Part shown: piece by piece, positions 28,701-40,000 of the stretch
How positions within the stretch are numbered: position 1 is the stretch's first letter
Layout: each line of letters begins with the position of its first letter
Origin: a virus
Lineage: Duplodnaviria > Caudoviricetes
Reading direction: 5' to 3' (one strand)
Virus record (IMG/VR): IMGVR_UViG_3300030376_008775
Location: 58,739 to 122,738 of that record
DNA: 64,000 nucleotides
Position numbers and translations under genes: made by a program
The notes under the pieces: generated by a model
Told to the model about the DNA's origin: nothing
Database searches by the model: none
Seen by the model: only the letters and a program-made list of their open reading frames with translations

Positions 28701-31700
28701 CGACAGCAGTCTCTGATTTAAGTTTGATTTCATTATTATGTGAAAACGAATTAAACCAAAGAGCATATTGTGAAGTTTTACAAAAGAAAGGTTTTACTCC
28801 GGAAGAGTGTCAAGAGATTATAGAAGAAAACAACAATGACGATCAACAAAAATTAAAAACTTTGACTGAGATTCTATCAGCAGAAAATATATCTGATTAT
28901 TTTCAAGAAAGATTACCAGAAGTATTTTGTAATGCTGACGAGCCTGGACTAGCTCCTGTAAATGATGATTTCATGACAGAGATTATTGAGTCTTCTATAT
29001 CAAGTACACTACAACTGTTGGAAACTACTTTGAACGCCGAACTCAAAGGCGTAACTACGATGTTGATACACGAAAGAACAGAGGCTTACGGCGGCGAAAC
29101 TCCGCGTCCACCAGAAATTGGTCGCGACTACACAAATCAAGATTTTCCTCTTGGATCCTCGGGCACCCCTATGTCGGGAAAACTTTTTTATAAAACTGCA
29201 TATCTTGACACCGATGTCGCGCCCGAGGTGACACTAGATATGTTGCCACCCGGAATGTCGATGGACGATTATGAAGATCTTGAAGTAGGTTCCCCACTAA
29301 CTGATAACTGGCCAAAAACAGATAAAACAGTAAGAGAAGTATCGCCAAAATTTGTTGAGAATGCAAATGCGACAAGAGATATAGGCAGTATCAAGATTGA
29401 AACAAAAAATACTAGTGAATTTACAAAAAGATTTTCTGTATCTATTGATCAACTAGAGCAATCTTTATTGAATTCTGCGCAGGATGAATTTCTTAGATTA
29501 GTAAATACGAGCGGGGAAGAATCCTTAGATCAGCTGTCTCCCTCTCAAAAAGCCGAGGTAGAACAGACTTATAATAATATTATGAATAGTTTGGCAGATA
29601 GAGTAGAACAAAAAAACTTAGTTTCTTACAAACTGCCATCATACCAATATTTATCAAGTACTGAAGCCGAAGAAAGAAACTTACCAATTAGTTATAGTCA
29701 ATTTGCGGTAACTAAAATTCCCGCAGTTAAGGATGGCAATAATTATAAAACAGTTTTGTTAAACGGATTTGAAGAAGTTTCCGACAAAGAAACAATTAAC
29801 AGAATTGAATTTTTAAAAGATTATCCTCAAGCTGCCGGCCAAGGTACTATCGAGCTAACAGATACTTCAAAGATAACTCTACAAGAATACACATTTGCAA
29901 AAATTTTGTCTATCTCTTTAGCTGAATTGAATTCGTCTGAGTCGGGTAATGCAGATGTAAAAGTAGAATTAGAAAATGAATTTGTTAACCTATTTTCTTT
30001 TGCTCTTGCTAGTAAACAGAATGAAATTATTGAAGAATGTTTAAAATCTAGATTTTTTACAGCCACAAATTTAGACAAAATATTGCTTGAACCAGTGACT
30101 GGAGACGCCTATGACGCCCTTGCTTGCTCAGATCATCCAAATATAGATTTAGAAAACCTTAGAAAAGGACTGCTAGACTTTGGTGATACCATAAAAGAAG
30201 TTACTGATTTCTATAATGATATGGCTTGTGAAACTCACGAGAGATCTGACGATGAAGCTGATCCGCTATCGGACGCAATACGTTATGGCACTATGCTTAT
30301 CTTTGTAAAACTAATAGTAGCAGAAGCAGTAATTAACTCTCTCTTTTTCTTTTCTCGCTTCGACGCGTTAGAAACAATGTCAAATTCAAATATGTTTCTT
30401 TCAATGATTATGTCTAAATTTAAAAATCAAGCTGAGGACTCAAAAGTTAATCCATTGTTTTTTGAAGAGGTAGAAGAAGTAGCTTATAAAAAAATGTTTA
30501 CCAATGCATCTGGGTTTTCAAAAATTAATTTTCTATCAAAAGAAATTATTTTTGATGATAATGAAAACGTTGATGACCGCCAATACACAAACTTTAGAGA
30601 AAATATTTTTAATGTTCATGATGTCAAGGTGTTGAAAGAATGGCAAGAAACACAAGAATACACGCCTGTAGTAAAGAAAATTTTAGAGATTAATCCTCTA
30701 GAAGAAATAATTCCTGATCCCGATGATGATCAAATGGCCGCAGTGTTACTTTTGGCCGCTGGCCAAGATGATGGATTACAGGTGTTAATAGATCCTGTTT
30801 TGGCATTTTATGAAACAAGGTTTAAAGATTTAGCAGTTAAACTTATGATCAACGACGCTATAACAAAAATGGCTCCAAGAGTAAATTCCATATTTCTAGA
30901 TATTGACAGAGCAAGAATCGATACTAAAAAAACTTTATTGTCTTCAAATATACTTTTTGACTTACAAAATGATTTGGTTGATATTGAAGGAGGTATCGAA
31001 AGACAAGGTTTTGAGTCAACAACACAACTTTTTCAAAATGTAGAAGAAGAGATCTTGACGTCTGAAACAGCAATATTTAAGTATATTAAATCAAGTGATA
31101 GCCCAGGCCAAGGACAGGTGCGATTCAATTTCAGTGAATTTATCCCCCCAGAGATTACATACGGACCAGAATCACCTCGTCAAAATATAATTGAGGGAAT
31201 TGATTACAAAAGTGAAAAAACTAAAGCTAGTTTAGCTCAGACAACAGCAGTTAAGAATATTTGTTTAGACGCTTATGATAATTCTAAGTATTATTATGCT
31301 GCAGCTACAAAAAGTACTTTTTATGATAGTAGTGGAAACTTAACAAAACTAGGAGAATCAACTAAAAATGGTGGTTTTATATTACAAAAATATATTTCAA
31401 TTAAATTTAATAATAAAGACGCCATTAATTTTAACAGTGAGGCTAGCCCTTATTTTGGACCTAACGAATACGATAAATTTGTAAAAGACTTTAGAAAAGT
31501 TATTAATACTGGCGTTTTTGCAATTGACACAGTAACCGAAGAAATTTATGATGTTAATCCGGAGAACTATGATGAGGGGCTAGTTCCCTGGGGCGAAGAT
31601 CCGATTGAAGTAACAACAACTACAACAACAGGGTTATATGGAAAATCTAACGAGCTATTATTGTCACACAAACAATTTGATTTTGCTCTTCGAGCAGCCT

Positions 31701-33181
31701 GTACTTCTATCTCTGGCATCGATGTAAAATTAAACAAAATATTTAAATATATTCGTCACGGTGTTAGATTGGTGTATGTTATGCCGCACAATATGCAAAA
31801 ATTAAGTTTGAAATCACAACAAGATTTTGCTGTAAAGCTCTCGTCACCGGAAAGATTTGTAGCCAAAGGTTCGGCTCCTGCCGAAAAAATATTTTTAGGA
31901 GAGGCTACTCAAGGACAAATAGAAAATCTTTTATTAACTAGAGGCTTTCCAAATGAAGCTGACGATTTAAAAGTTGAAATATTTTCTAAGAAAGTATACC
32001 AAATAAAAGAGCCTGCTCCCTCCAATGTTGTAATTACAGAAAATTTACCTGGAGTTGATAAATTTTATAACTTTTATTTATCTAATATAGCGGATAATAT
32101 AGGGCTTAATGAAGAATTAAATTTTGATATTTTTAATCCTTATACATTTAGTTCTAAAAAAATACAATCTTTTTACTTAATTCCTATTTTTGATGCCAAC
32201 GAAGAAGAAGATTTAAATTCATTAGAAAACTTAAACATCAGCGACGTTTTGTTTATTCTTAAAGATGATCCCGGCCAACCTTTGCAAGCCTGGAACGAGG
32301 ACGTAGAAAATCAAAAATTAGCTTTTAGACCTTCTATTGCTGTCAGAATGGGAGCAAAACCGCGTTCATTAGTTGATTCTATCTTTGAAAAGCCAAATGT
32401 AAAAGTTTTAAATGATTATACTTTATCAAGTAAAAATTTATTGAATTTCGCTGTCCTTCAGCAGACATATTTTCCGCATAATGAAAGTTTTGACATTGAT
32501 AAATTATTTCAAGGCACTAAAAATATGCTTGACAGTTTATTTGAAGATAGCCAGGAAGGTAGAGATGATTGGTCTCCTATGGTCACCAAAGACGTATTAG
32601 CCGGTTGGGGCGAAGAAATGAATCGTGCAATGTCTGCAATTCTTCCACAGGGTTCATTTTATCAATGGTTATCACAAGTTATTCCTAAATGGGCGTTAAG
32701 ACACCTCTTAAAAGCAACGGATCCTTGTATGAAGGTTGCTTTTAATCAGCAGGAAGCTTATGGCTGGGATGATTCTAAATTACCAGAAATTATTTTTGGC
32801 TCTCTATTAGTTAATCCTACAAACTGTGTTCCAACTGATTTTGATCCATTTGGCTTAAATATAGTTAATAATATTCCAAAAGATCCAAGTGATCCGGCAA
32901 AAGTTTGTGCCCCAGGAATCAGACCAGTGCCTATATTCCCGCCGATATTCCCTTTCTTTGGCAATCCATTTTTACCAATTACGCCTCCTGGTTTAACCTA
33001 CGTGGGTATGCAATTCTTAACAGGATTTACAGACAAATATACGCCACAGCAAGATACATCAACCGAAGATGCCCAACTAGTAGATTTGGAACAAACAGGA
33101 GTTTCTTCAAATGATTCTTCACTTTGTGGACCGGATTCTAACTTAAATCAAGATCCGTATCTAATTACTCAAGAAGATTAA
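25754..33181 (+). CDS. very large (2475 aa) hypothetical, probably virion/baseplate-associated
   Basis: Uninterrupted acidic ORF between the spike and gp25-like genes; no confident domain recognised. Confidence 0.5.
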   Translation: MANATKEQINQLWKRLLTAHKEPDPFKKLDILSASPAVKSFDAGCVDGSDMSICPDNNIFFKNIIMEDASLEYPSKIEGENPTDLNTNEQSKNDNLSAAQNLINVPDIPEPEDGTNIGATHYVFIPSTFYGEENFAEAVVRAGFISSKENPEKITELDIVVNGKYNMSKNLFKSAVYGSGPPEKRINWGPSAVIETLPHFTPVRVIREGFGIFGYFSQIAWYDTDEISGTEEWKNLARPVGYKSRTNDKSDQNYAFIDSRLLKRYRSYYDSLQALDSVLEQEISKIKLHPSNPATFIFDYLKRADLPLIQTNDPTKSPSYDNIADRSLFFSPISDTYQAFFNQETLEYVAVLNLPTNTTIETAKKEGIKFLLEFYGKRFDDFLIDRLMYLGGDNYNIGTRPQINNASFIQNKTQGLFAKVKRVSSSERPDGLKTFTVAIPATYMDHPSLEPDLSNLLTRKQYIDSDIVSYLYWHNLAGEFFLRNLRLQDDLQIFKKRIEAHEGSLTITSADIDDKIKRITSFRDQMFGFLTINDIDMTRSPNALGKEEIEFGLDDNFKVVFVTYTDETGKARFLRKGMNVLNEAIQAFADPTTSAYLFYADQIREAIKEDTYHGIDLVQKFTFPIPVARPSDKSQESDSNSSPAPKKEDEQEIESLQKKDSKTAEDVKKENSLLGSPERKRFKAEIVNKETFDSGDEVYQSFDRIINSSNSVEGVFNNVLDKAPVYNLMAKSALCLANRSDALSGTTLIEGLELTLDALQDFTKIKNQVEILSKNLDQIGFEFPKLSYSDDPLAEMSDNIRIEILNTLNTELLPVVQTVLQDLSNFCQGLNLNLPLESPPDSDPNFDQLSPDELENLNNLFNASAKTNFPGDQNIFDSLNPGALQNIRSSLYEIVEQMSGMPLSPQVVSDLQNLLQVLSSILRPTEICSLLAGEATQLVLSICLTIIRQREEFLLLSEYLNTTDAVKKFFIGLGKYANKSICSTAVSDLSLISLLCENELNQRAYCEVLQKKGFTPEECQEIIEENNNDDQQKLKTLTEILSAENISDYFQERLPEVFCNADEPGLAPVNDDFMTEIIESSISSTLQLLETTLNAELKGVTTMLIHERTEAYGGETPRPPEIGRDYTNQDFPLGSSGTPMSGKLFYKTAYLDTDVAPEVTLDMLPPGMSMDDYEDLEVGSPLTDNWPKTDKTVREVSPKFVENANATRDIGSIKIETKNTSEFTKRFSVSIDQLEQSLLNSAQDEFLRLVNTSGEESLDQLSPSQKAEVEQTYNNIMNSLADRVEQKNLVSYKLPSYQYLSSTEAEERNLPISYSQFAVTKIPAVKDGNNYKTVLLNGFEEVSDKETINRIEFLKDYPQAAGQGTIELTDTSKITLQEYTFAKILSISLAELNSSESGNADVKVELENEFVNLFSFALASKQNEIIEECLKSRFFTATNLDKILLEPVTGDAYDALACSDHPNIDLENLRKGLLDFGDTIKEVTDFYNDMACETHERSDDEADPLSDAIRYGTMLIFVKLIVAEAVINSLFFFSRFDALETMSNSNMFLSMIMSKFKNQAEDSKVNPLFFEEVEEVAYKKMFTNASGFSKINFLSKEIIFDDNENVDDRQYTNFRENIFNVHDVKVLKEWQETQEYTPVVKKILEINPLEEIIPDPDDDQMAAVLLLAAGQDDGLQVLIDPVLAFYETRFKDLAVKLMINDAITKMAPRVNSIFLDIDRARIDTKKTLLSSNILFDLQNDLVDIEGGIERQGFESTTQLFQNVEEEILTSETAIFKYIKSSDSPGQGQVRFNFSEFIPPEITYGPESPRQNIIEGIDYKSEKTKASLAQTTAVKNICLDAYDNSKYYYAAATKSTFYDSSGNLTKLGESTKNGGFILQKYISIKFNNKDAINFNSEASPYFGPNEYDKFVKDFRKVINTGVFAIDTVTEEIYDVNPENYDEGLVPWGEDPIEVTTTTTTGLYGKSNELLLSHKQFDFALRAACTSISGIDVKLNKIFKYIRHGVRLVYVMPHNMQKLSLKSQQDFAVKLSSPERFVAKGSAPAEKIFLGEATQGQIENLLLTRGFPNEADDLKVEIFSKKVYQIKEPAPSNVVITENLPGVDKFYNFYLSNIADNIGLNEELNFDIFNPYTFSSKKIQSFYLIPIFDANEEEDLNSLENLNISDVLFILKDDPGQPLQAWNEDVENQKLAFRPSIAVRMGAKPRSLVDSIFEKPNVKVLNDYTLSSKNLLNFAVLQQTYFPHNESFDIDKLFQGTKNMLDSLFEDSQEGRDDWSPMVTKDVLAGWGEEMNRAMSAILPQGSFYQWLSQVIPKWALRHLLKATDPCMKVAFNQQEAYGWDDSKLPEIIFGSLLVNPTNCVPTDFDPFGLNIVNNIPKDPSDPAKVCAPGIRPVPIFPPIFPFFGNPFLPITPPGLTYVGMQFLTGFTDKYTPQQDTSTEDAQLVDLEQTGVSSNDSSLCGPDSNLNQDPYLITQED

Positions 33182-33193
33182 GGAGAATTTTAA

Positions 33194-33571
33194 ATGTATG
33201 GAATTTCACCAAAGTTACCACTAATTGTAAATGATTTGGACGGCCATTATGGTTTAAACAAAACTATTCGTCAAGCAATCAAGCAAAATTTTAAAAATTT
33301 AATTTTAACTTCTCCGGGCGAAAGAGTTATGGATATTCAATTCGGAGTTGGATTAAGAAACTACTTTTTTGAAAACTTCACAGAAGAAGTAGCAGATAAT
33401 ATTAGATTTAGAATCGTAAATCAAACAAGATTATATATGTCTTTTATTGAAATCAACTCTATTGATATCAACCAAGGAGAAACAAATCCTAATGCGTTAT
33501 TCGTTAAAATTGACTATTCGATTCCAAAACTAGGCGCTAATGATAATTTGATCTTAAATGAAACAACTTAA
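33194..33571 (+). CDS. baseplate wedge subunit, T4 gp25/gpW-like
   Basis: IKQNFKNLILTSPGERVMDIQFGVGL..YFFE is the gp25-family signature. Confidence 0.9.
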   Translation: MYGISPKLPLIVNDLDGHYGLNKTIRQAIKQNFKNLILTSPGERVMDIQFGVGLRNYFFENFTEEVADNIRFRIVNQTRLYMSFIEINSIDINQGETNPNALFVKIDYSIPKLGANDNLILNETT

Positions 33572-33611
33572 AAAACAAAACAAAACTAATTAATATTGTT
33601 GAGGATATTAG

Positions 33612-35417
33612 ATGGCAACAACAGATGTAAAAGAACTAGCGATAGATTATACCGCAAGAAATTTCTCTTCAATCAGGGAAGAGCTGGTAACATACGCAAA
33701 AAGATATTACCCTGATACTTTTAAAGACTTTAATGAAGCATCTTTCGGCGCTTTAATGTTAGATATGGTTTCCTATGTAGGAGATATATTATCATTCTAT
33801 ACTGATTACCAAGCCAATGAAAGCTTTTTGCAGACTGCATTGGAATATAATAATGTAATTAAGTTAGCTAGACAATTAGGGTATAAATTTAATGCGTCTC
33901 CAACGGCCCACGGTATTCTTCAATTTTATATTTTAGTGCCTGTAGCATCTGTTGGAGGTGGCCCCGACACAAATTATTTACCGATATTGAAAAGAGGAAC
34001 AACTCTTAACTCTACAAATGGGGCCAGCTATATTCTTGTTGAAGATATTAATTTTGCCAATTCTTCAAATGAAGTAGTCGTAGGAGCTGTAAATGATGTA
34101 ACTGGCGCCCCCACAAGTTACGCGATTAAAGCGTCCGGGGCCGTAATTTCTGGCCAGTTTGCAATTTTAGATTTTGAAATTGGAGAATTTGAAAAATTTA
34201 GAAAAATAGAAATTCCCGGAGGACAAATTGTATCAGAGATAGTTTCAGTAACCGACAGTAACGGAAATGAGTACACAGAAGTAGACTACCTATCACAAGA
34301 TGTAGTATATAGCACAATCGTTAATCCGGATGCAGATCAAAGAATTATGACGCCTAGTATCATTAAGCCAGTCGCTGTTCCAAGAAGGTTTGTTTTAGAG
34401 AGAGAAGCACAAAATACATTTATTATCTTTGGCCATGGATCCGAATCTGACCTAAGAACTGACCCAGTAGCTGAACCAAATAAAGTTATTCTTGATTTAC
34501 ACGGCAAAGATTATGTTACTGATAAAAGTTTTGATCCTAACAATCTTATAAGCTCTGATAAATTAGGTGTTGGGCCGGCCAACACAACACTCACTGTTGT
34601 ATTTCGAACAAATCGCTCGAACACAGTAAACTCACCAGTAGGTGCTGTAACACGCGTTGGAACTAGTAATTTTAGATTTAATAGTGCTTTTAGTTTAAAT
34701 GGCAGCAGTATGAACAGTGTGATTAACTCATTACAGGTTAATAACGAAACTCCAATTTTAGGAGATCCAATAAATGCTTCTACCGATGAGATCAGACAAA
34801 AGGCATACGGTTCATTTTTTAGTCAAAACAGAGCGGTAACACTGCAAGATTACAAAAATCTAGTGTATTCTATGCCTTTACGTTTTGGTTCAATTTCGCG
34901 CTGTAGTATGGTAAAAGACAGCGATTCCTTTAAAAGAAATTTAAATTTATATGTTTTAAGCAAGAATAACAATGGTACTTTAACAAATTCAAACTCTACA
35001 TTAAAATTAAATTTAAAAACTTGGCTCAATAAGTATAGAATGATTAATGATAGTGTTGATATTTTAGACGCTAGAATTATTAATCTAGGAGTTACTTTTG
35101 ATATTATAGGTCGTAGGGGATTCAATAAAGCAACTATTCTAAACGATTGTTTACAAGCATTAGGAAACTTATTTGCAGTTGCTCCTGACATAGGTGAATT
35201 TTTAGAAATAACAACCATTTATAAAACTTTAAATTTAGTTGAAGGTGTTGCTGACACTGTTAATGTTGAAGTTAATCAAAAATTAGGTTCTCTTTACTCT
35301 GATACGTTTTTTGATATTGAGAGCGCTTATTCGGCAGATCGCAGATTTATAAGATTTCCTATTGACACTATATACGAATTTAAATATTCAACTGATTTTG
35401 AGGGTACAATAAGATAA
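33612..35417 (+). CDS. baseplate wedge protein, T4 gp6/baseplate-J-like
   Basis: IDYTARNFSSI, DFNEASFG, SYVGDILSFY, ESFLQTA, ARQLGY, FGHG, QNRAVTLQDY. Confidence 0.9.
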   Translation: MATTDVKELAIDYTARNFSSIREELVTYAKRYYPDTFKDFNEASFGALMLDMVSYVGDILSFYTDYQANESFLQTALEYNNVIKLARQLGYKFNASPTAHGILQFYILVPVASVGGGPDTNYLPILKRGTTLNSTNGASYILVEDINFANSSNEVVVGAVNDVTGAPTSYAIKASGAVISGQFAILDFEIGEFEKFRKIEIPGGQIVSEIVSVTDSNGNEYTEVDYLSQDVVYSTIVNPDADQRIMTPSIIKPVAVPRRFVLEREAQNTFIIFGHGSESDLRTDPVAEPNKVILDLHGKDYVTDKSFDPNNLISSDKLGVGPANTTLTVVFRTNRSNTVNSPVGAVTRVGTSNFRFNSAFSLNGSSMNSVINSLQVNNETPILGDPINASTDEIRQKAYGSFFSQNRAVTLQDYKNLVYSMPLRFGSISRCSMVKDSDSFKRNLNLYVLSKNNNGTLTNSNSTLKLNLKTWLNKYRMINDSVDILDARIINLGVTFDIIGRRGFNKATILNDCLQALGNLFAVAPDIGEFLEITTIYKTLNLVEGVADTVNVEVNQKLGSLYSDTFFDIESAYSADRRFIRFPIDTIYEFKYSTDFEGTIR

Positions 35418-37054
35418 TGGCTATCAAAAGATACACTGCAGACAAAGATAACACTATAACGAATGCATTCGAAGAGAACCTTACGACTAGGGCTACTGGA
35501 TCAAATATGGGTGCTTCTGATGTACTTGAGGTATTTTCTATCTATGGGCAAACGTTTAGCTCTGCATCTACAACCGGAATAACACAAACACAAGAGCTAT
35601 CTCGCGTTTTAGTTCAATTTCCGGTTGCAGATGTTATAGCAGATAGAGCTGCCGGCCATATTCCTGCTTCAGGAAGTGTAGACTTCTATTTGTGTATGTA
35701 CAATGCTAAACATGGCGAGACAGTACCAAAACAAGCAACATATGTTGTTGTACCTGTCTCTTCTTCTTGGGAAGAGGGTATCGGACTTGATATGGAAAAC
35801 TATCAAGATTTAACAAATAACAAAGAAGGCTCTACTTGGATTAAAAGAGCTGGAAACACTAGCTGGAATACTATCGGAGGAACTTACTTAACTGCAGCTG
35901 CAGGAAATAATTATGGAGACCGAAGACAAACAGTAACATTAGAAAATGGAACAGAAGATTTAAAAATTGATGTTACTGACGATGTAGAAAGGTGGATTAA
36001 AGGTACATTAGCAGCGGGAGGTTTTCCAAACTATGGATTTGGAGTATTCTTAACATCTAGTCAAGAAGCTTACTTTTCCAGCTCGGCAGGTACTTTCTCA
36101 AGTGGAAACTCAATTCAAAATGTTTCTGGAGCAACACGCTCTTATTACACAAAAAGATTTTTTGCTAGAACTAGTCAATTTTTTCACAAGAGGCCAGCTG
36201 TTGAAGCAAGATGGGATTCATCAATAAAAGATAATCGAGGAAATGTACAATATAGTAGTTCCTTATTGTCGGCAACCGATAATTTAAATACTGTTTATTT
36301 ATATAATTTTGTTAATGGCCAATTAAAAAATATTCCTGGGATTGCAGATGCGTCTAAAAGAATATATGTCCAGTTGTTTTCTGGATCAAGCACTCCTTCC
36401 GGATCACCAATTGATTTAGTTACTACGACTGATTTTACAACTACTGCTGTACCAACTGTGGTAACCGGAGGCTACGTTGCAACAGGAATATATTCGGCAT
36501 CTTTTGCATTGACCGCTGCAGCTCCTCCACTAAGTAAAATATTTGATGTGTGGTACTTGGATGGTACCAATAAGCTCGGCGCGCAAGTAAACACTTCATC
36601 TTTCGAACCTAGTGTTTTTAAAAGTTCTACTGAAAACGTGCCTAGCTCATACGTTATAAACATTAATAATCTTAAATCTAGTTACAACAACAATGAAATT
36701 GCTAGGTTTAGAGTATTTACTAGGCTAAAAGATTGGAATCCTACAATATATACAAGAGCAATTGCAAAAGTAGAAAATTACTTGTTAGACGATATGTATT
36801 TCAAAATCAATAGAACTGTTGATGATGAAAATATTATATCGTATGGAACTGGCAGTACATCACCTCAAGCAGTTGGTACCAATACTTCTTACACTAGATT
36901 ATCTTATGATATATCTGGTTCTTATTTTGATTTGGACATGTCGATCTTAGAGCCTGGGTATATGTATTATATACAAGTTGCATATTATGATAACAACTCT
37001 TACAAACAATTTAATCAAACATTTAATTTTAAAGTAGAAGACAACGGATATTAG
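35417..37054 (+). CDS. virion structural protein with DNRLRE/CBM-like N-terminal domain
   Basis: ADKDNTI..NMGAS..SRVLVQF..SWEEG..IDVT..W..NYGF pattern; Ser/Thr/Gly rich. Confidence 0.55.
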   Translation: MAIKRYTADKDNTITNAFEENLTTRATGSNMGASDVLEVFSIYGQTFSSASTTGITQTQELSRVLVQFPVADVIADRAAGHIPASGSVDFYLCMYNAKHGETVPKQATYVVVPVSSSWEEGIGLDMENYQDLTNNKEGSTWIKRAGNTSWNTIGGTYLTAAAGNNYGDRRQTVTLENGTEDLKIDVTDDVERWIKGTLAAGGFPNYGFGVFLTSSQEAYFSSSAGTFSSGNSIQNVSGATRSYYTKRFFARTSQFFHKRPAVEARWDSSIKDNRGNVQYSSSLLSATDNLNTVYLYNFVNGQLKNIPGIADASKRIYVQLFSGSSTPSGSPIDLVTTTDFTTTAVPTVVTGGYVATGIYSASFALTAAAPPLSKIFDVWYLDGTNKLGAQVNTSSFEPSVFKSSTENVPSSYVININNLKSSYNNNEIARFRVFTRLKDWNPTIYTRAIAKVENYLLDDMYFKINRTVDDENIISYGTGSTSPQAVGTNTSYTRLSYDISGSYFDLDMSILEPGYMYYIQVAYYDNNSYKQFNQTFNFKVEDNGY

Positions 37055-37061
37055 GATCTAG

Positions 37062-40000
37062 ATGGATAAAAAATTTACACAAAATAAATTTTCTGAACAA
37101 CAGAAGTCGCTCGCCAACCTTTTTACAGGAGTTGTAATTGGTAGTTCAAGTACAACTGCTTCTTTTTCTGATGATGCGGAATCAAGTAATTTTGTAAAAT
37201 CTTATAAAGAACAAGAAAATCGTTTTGTACCTCAAATTAATTTTGCCACGGCCTCTAATTTTGCAAAATTTGGCTCTGCTACTTCTTACTATGAAGACGC
37301 TTATACTAGAATTCACAATCAGTATCCGTATGATGGTTCTCACCGAGAAAAAGTATTATGGAATCTTTCTTCAAGTTACTTAGACAAATACGTATTTGAT
37401 AATCTTTACCCAAGAACAAATGGATTTATTAATATAAATAGCGGCTCTAACAGCTATACATCTACAAAAGCATCAGAGTATTATAGTAGTAGCGCTCCAC
37501 AATACGTATCGTTCAAAGGAGGCCCCCATGCTGATCCTAACGGAAATTTTAAGCTTGATATATCTACAGGTCTAAGTACCACTTCAATATCTAAAGCAAA
37601 TATCTATGATACTGGAAGCAAAAGAAATAATAATTTAGAAATAAACACTGATAACGGAATTACAATAGAATTTTGGCTTAAGAAAAATGGCTGGCCAACA
37701 ACACCCGACGCGGGCTCTCACAAAGAAGTAATTCTAAATGTTACAACAACCGGCTCAGTTAATAATGACTCCTACTGTATCTTGTATCTAAGCTCCTCGG
37801 CAAAAGATAATTTATATTTTAATATTACATCAGGTTCTGTGTCTTCGACGACTTCCGCAGCTTTTCTTTTTGATACAGAACTGACAGATATTGCTGATGG
37901 AAAGTGGCATCATTATGCGATCACTGCTAAAACTAGTGGATCTGTTACGGCCGCAAATTTATATTTAGATGGTGTTTTTAAAACTAAACAGGTTTCTGGA
38001 TCAGTTTTAAATCCTGTAACTGCTTCAACTCAAGGCGCCTTGGGAGCTTGGGCCGGCCATCTTAAAGCCGCCGGCAACACTTTTTTTGGCCCGGGCTACG
38101 GCAATCTAGTATCGGCTTCTGTTGACGAATTTAGATATTGGAAGACAGAAAGAAATGCTAAACAAATTGGAAGATATTATATTAGTGATGTAAATGGCGG
38201 AACGAATACAGATCTTGCTAATGTTGATTTAGGAGTTTACTTTAAATTTAACGAAGGGATAACACAAACATCCTCTGTTGACCAGACAGTACTTGATTAT
38301 TCTGGAAGATTAAGTAACGGAAGAATTGTTAATTATAATTCAACTAATGGCAGATCAATCAATTCTGCCATTGTACAATCAGGTAAATCAAGTTTAGAGT
38401 TTAAAGATCCTATTGTCTATTCTTTTCATCCAACTGTTAAATCTAGTCTTGCTGATCTAAAAATTAAAGGCAATGAACACGATTTTAATAACTCTAACTC
38501 CTTAATTAATAGCATACCTGCGTGGATCATTGAGAATGATCAAACAGAAGGAACTGGTCAACTAGCTAATTTAATTCAAATTTGTGCAAATTATCTAGAC
38601 AGCCTGTACCTTCAAGTCGAAGCATTGCCAACAATTCGAAATATTAATTATGCATCGTCTAGTGCAAAACCACATTTCTTTAACGATAGGTTATTAAAAG
38701 ATTATGGATTTAACGTTGATGAAATATTAACAGATGTTAGTTTATTTTCAAGCGCAAATACTAGAGACGAAAATAGAGTATTTGAAAGAAAGTTATACGA
38801 AGTAAAAAATCAAATTTACAAAAATATTTACAACAATCTTGTTCATATATATAAAACAAAAGGAACTAAAAAATCTTTCCGCAACCTTATGAGGTGTATT
38901 GGTATTGATGAAGAACTAATTCGTCTAAACCTTTATGGAATGAATACAGATTGGCAAGCACAAACAAACACTCGTGACGTATCATCTAAAACAAAGTATG
39001 CAGATTTTTTCAATAATAATCAAGCAGTTGTATATGGATACCCCGAGCCAGGAAATTCAAATTCACGTAGTTTTATTTCTGGATCTGGCGACGCAACTAG
39101 CGGAATTGATAAATTATCTTCAATAACAATAGAAGCAGACGTACTATTTCCAAAATATCCTCTAAACTCTAGTGCTAATAATAAGAATTTTCCGTTTTTA
39201 TCCTCTTCGATTTTTGGTATGAACGGAGTAAAACACCCGGAGGATGCTGATAACTTAAGTTGGCCGGCAACAAATATAAATGCTTCTTCTTCTTTACAGG
39301 TGTATGCAGTAAGAAAACAAAAACAAACATCGGTAGACAATCCAGAGGTATTTTTTATGCTGTCAGGTAGTATGCTGACCGCTCCAATCACCTCTTCTAC
39401 ATACTCTGATGTTTATCAAAATTCAAAATGGAAGTTAGCTGTTCGTCTCAAACACAGATCTCAGGGTGCAGGATTAGATTTTGTTTCTGGTTCTATCAGT
39501 GATGAAGTTATTGATGTTAGTCTATTCGGTGCTCAAATTATTGCGGATTCGGTTTTAAATCAATTTAATATTTCAGGGACAGTGCAAGATAGCTTAAAAG
39601 ATGGGCCATTTATTGAAGCAAAAAGAATATTTGCTGGCGCCTACCGTAATGATTTTACGGGATCAATTTTGCAGAGAGCAGACACGTTTATAACAAATGT
39701 AAGATACTGGAATTCATTCATAGAAGACGAAACTTTATTTTATCATGCTAAAAATGATCAATCTTATGGAACACAACATCCTTACAGAAATACTTATTTG
39801 TTTGAAGGAAAGAAGACAACTGGCTTGTCAACAACAGAGATGCCAAAAATTGAATCTTTGGCTTTGAATTGGAATTTCAATCAAGTAACCTCTAGTGATT
39901 CGTCTGGTCGTTTTGTAGTATCAGATTTTTCAAGTGGATCTAATGAATCCTCGGATTATAAATTATCAAATATTACGCAAAGGCAGCACACTGGCCGCGG

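Noticed and set aside
21087-35417. Type VI secretion or extracellular contractile injection system
   Set aside because: The baseplate genes sit with a phage-type primase, resolvase, Mre11-Rad50 and sigma factor; no membrane-complex or AAA+ ATPase genes are seen.
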